DNA of 64,000 nucleotides from the human T2T-CHM13v2.0 reference genome, Homo sapiens. Positions 57,499 to 64,000 of the stretch are shown piece after piece. Location: NCBI RefSeq assembly GCF_009914755.1, contig NC_060935.1; one strand, 5' to 3'. A program made the translations under genes and the position numbers. Every line of letters begins with the position of its first letter. Positions within the stretch are counted from its first letter, which is position 1. A model generated the notes under the pieces. The model worked only from the letters and a program-made list of their open reading frames with translations. It was not told the origin of the DNA and made no database searches.

Positions 57499-60329
57499 TT
57501 AAAACTGGCCAAGACAGTTAAATTGAGGGGAGTCTACATTTACCTCTACTCATTTTTGTTATTGTTACCATGTTTTGAATATCAGTGTAATAGACAATTG
57601 GACACAAATTACTCTAATCAATCAGTCTTTCCCTACTTAGTTTTTCTTTGTTTTTACTTTATATAATAGAAATGTTTTGATGTCTACACTGTTGTGGAAC
57701 AAGTAGGTCCATGATACATAATTCATAATCTGTGTAACCTATTTTAAATATTTTGAAAAAAATCTGATGGAAAAATGATTATTTGTTGTTATTTTGTTGT
57801 TTGTTGCCACGTTACATTCATGGCAGCATCCAAAAGAACAACAAACGTTTCCCCTTTCCTTCTCCAACTGATTCTTACAGGTTTTCCCAAAGAAGTCTTT
57901 TATACTCGGCATTTTTTTCCCAGCCATTTGAAGAGTAGGTTATTAATAATACTGCAAAAAAGTGGGTGCCGAAACATGTATTTGATCTATCGAAAAGATG
58001 TATATGAAACACTCAGCTTAATCTCTGAATACTGCCCTGCTTCACCGAAGATCTGTTTCATGTCTATGTAATTCAGCTGAAGCACTGTCCTCTGGTATAT
58101 TATTTTGTGACCAGTGCTCTAGTTTCAAGTTAAAACAACTAATTTATATCTCTGAACTAGGTAAATTTTTTAACGTGGTGCACACAGAATTCCTCTTTAA
58201 GGGAGGCCATTTCCTCAGACTCTCTACCTGGGAAAAGTGACCTGCCAGAAGCTGTTACTATTATTATTTTTTCATTTATTCATTCTTTTAATTAACACAT
58301 AGTTTTCTTTAGCATATGCCGTGCATCATGCAAATTTTCAGGTGCTGGAGCTATATCAGAGGAAAACAAAAAATATAAAGCAAAAACAAAGCAAAAATGT
58401 TAACAACAAAAAACTTCCCTTATGAAGCTTACAGTATAGTTAAGAGAGACAGAAAATTAGATAAATAAGTAAAATAAATGCTATGATCTTAATTGTGGTA
58501 AGTCTCAGAGCTAAGACATTTTTTCTAAACATATTTCCATTTGCAAATCTGGCTGTGACTTTTTCTGGTTCTTGTAGTTGCTTCTTTATTTTTATTCACT
58601 ACTCATTTTTTCATGAATCAAGGTATCCTTGTTATTTTAATAATTATCTTCATCTTCTCTGTTCCATATAAGAACATTCTGGTTTCTTATAATTTTTTCA
58701 CATTTCTAAGCTGTTGGTAAGTACACTTTACAAATGCATAGTGGTTTTTGTCTATTTAAGAGTAATTTTCAAATGAAAGTGGCATGGAATAACTTGACTT
58801 GCTGTTGAGCTTAGTAGCTCTTTTTACTTCCTTAACATCCTTGGTCCTGGTTTCTGAATCCATGAGTATTGGTCCTCTCCATATTCCTTCCCAGTCTAAA
58901 TATTTCTTTTGTTTTTCATGAGGTCAGACGCCATATCTATTTCATACCTCATCCTTTGAGCCCAGAAGGTGCTCATTGATTTACTAAATAAATAAATCAG
59001 AATTGGGGAAGCTTCTCCCTGAAGCATGAGGTTGCAGCTGCCACAAGGGTAAGCAATGGTAACCTCTATAGCTTGTATTTTCACATATCCAGTGCAGACT
59101 TCTATCACATCCTGTACTTTCTTGGTGTGTTTTTCTTTGCCCAGTTATCAGGATCTGTGTAGTTTTGGAAAACTGCTTCCTGCAATATTAATGCTGGGCT
59201 TGGGAAGAAACCCAAACACCGCAATGCCTAATCAAGATCTTTCGTAGTTTAGAGGTGGGAGACAAACAAAAAGGTGAAATTCTATGATAAAAAGAGAAGT
59301 TTACATTAGTAAAGTGCATTATTCCACTTCTTCTAGTAATTTTTTGAATTGTTACAAGGTGGGCTGTTTAATTATATTTTAAGTTATTAAAGAATTCCAA
59401 AGAGTAATATCTATTGAAATAGGCTCTTGGCACCAATAGAAACTCTTTTTACCACAAATACTCTAATGTTCTCTCCTCGCTCGCTCTACTGCTCTTTTGC
59501 CCAGACAATAAACTTCTAAACTATTGGCTACAGCACAAAGAGCAAAAACTATATCTGGTTAGGCAAGTAATAATGTTATTGAGATAGAATACAAAAATAG
59601 AATAGAGCACGCTATGTAGACAAGGAGAAAAGCTTTAGAATTCCCCTGCATTTTCCCCTTCCTCTCTTCATCACTGATAACACTGAAGACTGACAGATAT
59701 CTTAAGGCAGAATAATGAAGATTTTCATACCTATCATCCCATTGTTCAATGCCTATCATCCCATTGTTCCTTTCATTTGTCTAATTTCTTTACAACATCC
59801 TTAATGTCTTACTTTTTTTTTTTTTTGTTGCTACGTAGTCTTTTAGGACCCTGATAGGAGCTTGATTTCCCTCTGGTATTTTAAAAATTGAGCAACTCAG
59901 GCTTTTCAAAAGCATTATACAATTTTTAAACAATCAAAATCTGTGGTGGTTGAAAACAAACAGAGTTGTTATTTGCCATGATTGTCATAAAAAATTATCA
60001 CTATGGGAAAAAAAAATGGTATTGCGAGCTTTCTATTTTGCTATACTTTGGGTCAAATGTACGTCTCTGAGAAGAACTGAATACGTAGCATCTCTCTCCT
60101 TTGTGGAGCCTCTTAACTTCTGAAAAGAACATGGCCTTTTTAAGGTTATCTCAGGGCCCTGAGGACCTCATCATATCTAGGAAGGAAGGCTCTGGGCTCT
60201 CTGGACTGTAAAGACCTGTGTGTAACAATTTAGGCTTTCATTTTTGGGGGCATTTGTTCCCTCATTAACATTTCTGTGGATCCTTAGAAAATTGCGTAAA
60301 ATTGCACATTTAAAGATCCAAGAATTAGT

Positions 60330-60560
60330 CAGGAAAATGTGGCATAATAGGAAAAAGTGTAGCAGGTTTTAGAATCAATGATATGCTATATTTTTAGTTT
60401 AATCACTTCTAGCTTTATGATCTTTTAATAGGATGCTTAAGCATCCTGAGTTTTATCTTCCTCATCTCTAAAATGGCAAAAGTAGTAATACCAGATTCAA
60501 GGTCCTAAGACAGTGCCTACCACAGTGATTTATACCTAGTAGGTGCTCACTAAATGTTTC
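60330..60560 (+). mobile_element. MIR
   Basis: CTTCCTCATCTCTAAAATGG...TAGGTGCTCACTAAATG. Confidence 0.65.
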
Positions 60561-61852
60561 TTAAGAACATAGGGTTGGGAAAGGGTGAACAGAAATGAAA
60601 TAAGATGTGATGCAGGTTGGGGATTAGATGTAACTTAAGTTCTTTACTATCAGTAAAATGTAAAAATGTTTGTTACTGAAGTATATTAAAAGATTTAATT
60701 ACATACTTAGGATAAAGATATAACATTTGACACCCTCCCTCATAAAATATTTGACAGAATGGTAATTACATTTTAATTTATAAAATTACCCATAAACAAA
60801 TTTAAGTGACACTTAGATTGTTTGACATAAATACAGATAATTACATGACAAAGTATACTTACATTACACTGCTTGTAGAACGATTGGTAATTTCTTCATT
60901 CAAATATGTTAAGAAATTTGAACTTCAAGTATTTTTTTCCTACTCCATATCATTCATTATTCTTTAAATGCTTTCACTGCTCCAATTTTGAATTCTCTAT
61001 AAACCTACCTCTGTTTTAGCTGAGACTCCTCCTTATACCACTCTTAATCCCCTTTGCAGAACCATACCGAATGGTTATTCAATTTTGGCTGGAATACTCC
61101 ATCTGTCTTCCCTTGATTGAGAAGCTATCTTTTTATAACCTCTAATTACTTTTCTCAGTTCTTTTTCTTAGTCCCATTGAAGAAGTCTAAGTCTTGATTT
61201 ATACTAAGTCCAAGTGTTATACCATTATTTAATCATTTCATCCTGCATATCTAGTGTATCTCAAACTTCGAATAGTCCTCTGAGTTTCAAGGACTACATT
61301 TTTGCCAAAAGAATTTTGATTTGGTAATGAATCAAGACATTAGACACGACTGAATTAAGCATAGGTCCTTGACTTCTATTTTAGATCACTGGTAAAATGA
61401 TCGAAAGCTTCTGAACTCTCAATTATTTTTTCAGCAGTAGGAATGTAATTTCCTGTCTATCCAGTCAATTTCTATTTCTTCAGTGGATCCATCCAGAAAA
61501 TTGAAGTTTTCAAACCCACAGAATGTCAGATTGGAAGAAAACTTAAAGGGCATCTGAGCCAACTTTGTCCTAAAAAGTTCTACAATATCTTCAACAAGTT
61601 ATCCAGTGACATTAAACTTGCTATTCTTAAATCATCTTATTTTACTTTAACATTCTTGATTGTTAGAAAATATTATATTTGTATTCAGTGAAGTAATCTC
61701 TTTAACCTTCAGCATTTTGTTTAGGTATTCCTGCTTATTCATCAGGCATATTGTGACTTGATTTTAGATACATCTACCTTATTTGCTCGCCCCAGAAAAT
61801 AATATGACCTTCCCTGTATTAAAGTGATTATAATTGTGATCTTTAATGATTT

Positions 61853-62000
61853 TTTGTTTACCTTCAGAGATCGGGATTAGAATGGCTCTTGGGACTATTG
61901 CATAGAAAAGGTTTATTATTACTGCAATCAAGTAATGTTAGAATTGAAGTAACTAATCATAGTTAAAAAGTTAAGGTTTCCTGGAAAACTCTCTTGGGTG
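61853..62000 (-). promoter_or_regulatory. Paralogous promoter remnant of OR6M2P
   Basis: 74/107 aligned columns identical to 25263-25368 with one gap; retains GCTCTTGGG and CTAATCA. Confidence 0.65.
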
Positions 62001-62149
62001 TTTTCAGGAAAAACTTAGAGACCTGCTTTAAAGCCTCAGAGAAATAGAAACTTGGAAAACTTAAAAAAAATCTGACATGTTCATCATGTCTTAAAATAGG
62101 CTTTCAGCTGCTCTTCAAAGTGAGATTATTTACATATATATGTAGATAT

Positions 62150-62712
62150 TTTAAAATCCATTTATTGAGGTATGCTTTATACATAATTAGTAATTTAAAA
62201 TGTATAATTTGTTAAATTTTGACATGTATACAGTCATATAGCCACTGTCATCAACATGACAATATTTTAAAAATATTTCCATTACCTTAAAACGTTTTCT
62301 GGTGCTCTTTTGCAATAAATGCTTTTCTTCCCCAACCTCAGCTCCTGAAAACCACTGACATGTTTCATATCAATATAATTTTGATTTTTCTAAAATTTTA
62401 CATAAATGGAATCTTATAGCATATAGTATTTTGTACCTTGCTCCTTTCACTTAAATTGATGCTTTGACAATAATACAAATGATTCAGGTATCAGTCGCTT
62501 CTGCCTTTGTACTGTTGAAGATGATCAATTGTATAGATTGCGTAGATATAACACAGTTTGGGTATCTATTCATCAGATAATGGGCACTTGAGTTGTTTCA
62601 AATTTTGGCTATTATGAATATAACATCTATGAACATTTGAGTTTCTGTTTTTGTGTGAATATTTGTTTTCATTTGTCTTGGATACATTCTTAAGAGCAGA
62701 ATTACTATGTTG
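62150..62712 (-). mobile_element. L1ME/MB-type 3-prime end
   Basis: TTTATTGAGGTAT...ATAAATGGAATC...TTGGCTATTATGAATA. Confidence 0.75.

Positions 62713-64000
<1,288 letters not shown>

Overview
Human (or very close great-ape) genomic DNA from an olfactory-receptor locus. I recognise the intact single-coding-exon gene OR6M1 (minus strand, ATG 21132 to stop 20191, 313 aa) and, about 35.5 kb away, its disabled paralogue OR6M2P (minus strand, about 56678-55733; no start ATG, +1 frameshift, DRY to DCY). From recall this is 11q24.1. The rest is mostly transposable elements: a nested block of ERV1 LTRs with a full MER4 provirus (2.5-13.4 kb), a full-length L1PA6 and an internally deleted L1PB nested in an old L1MA (38-49 kb), and many Alu, MIR, L2, L3 and MaLR copies. 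There is no prokaryotic-type system (CRISPR, operon) and the short ORFs are repeat-derived or noise. The most informative signals come from aligning the window to itself: (1) a conserved paralogous promoter block with O/E and homeodomain-like motifs, plus a shared splice donor, 3-5 kb upstream of both OR genes; (2) mosaic identity between the two coding regions (88% vs 68%), suggesting gene conversion; (3) an L1PA6 3-prime transduction with its own polyA signal; (4) several template-switch or repair scars and a near-perfect 98-bp tandem duplication. Repeat subfamily names are from memory of consensus sequences and need RepeatMasker/Dfam confirmation.
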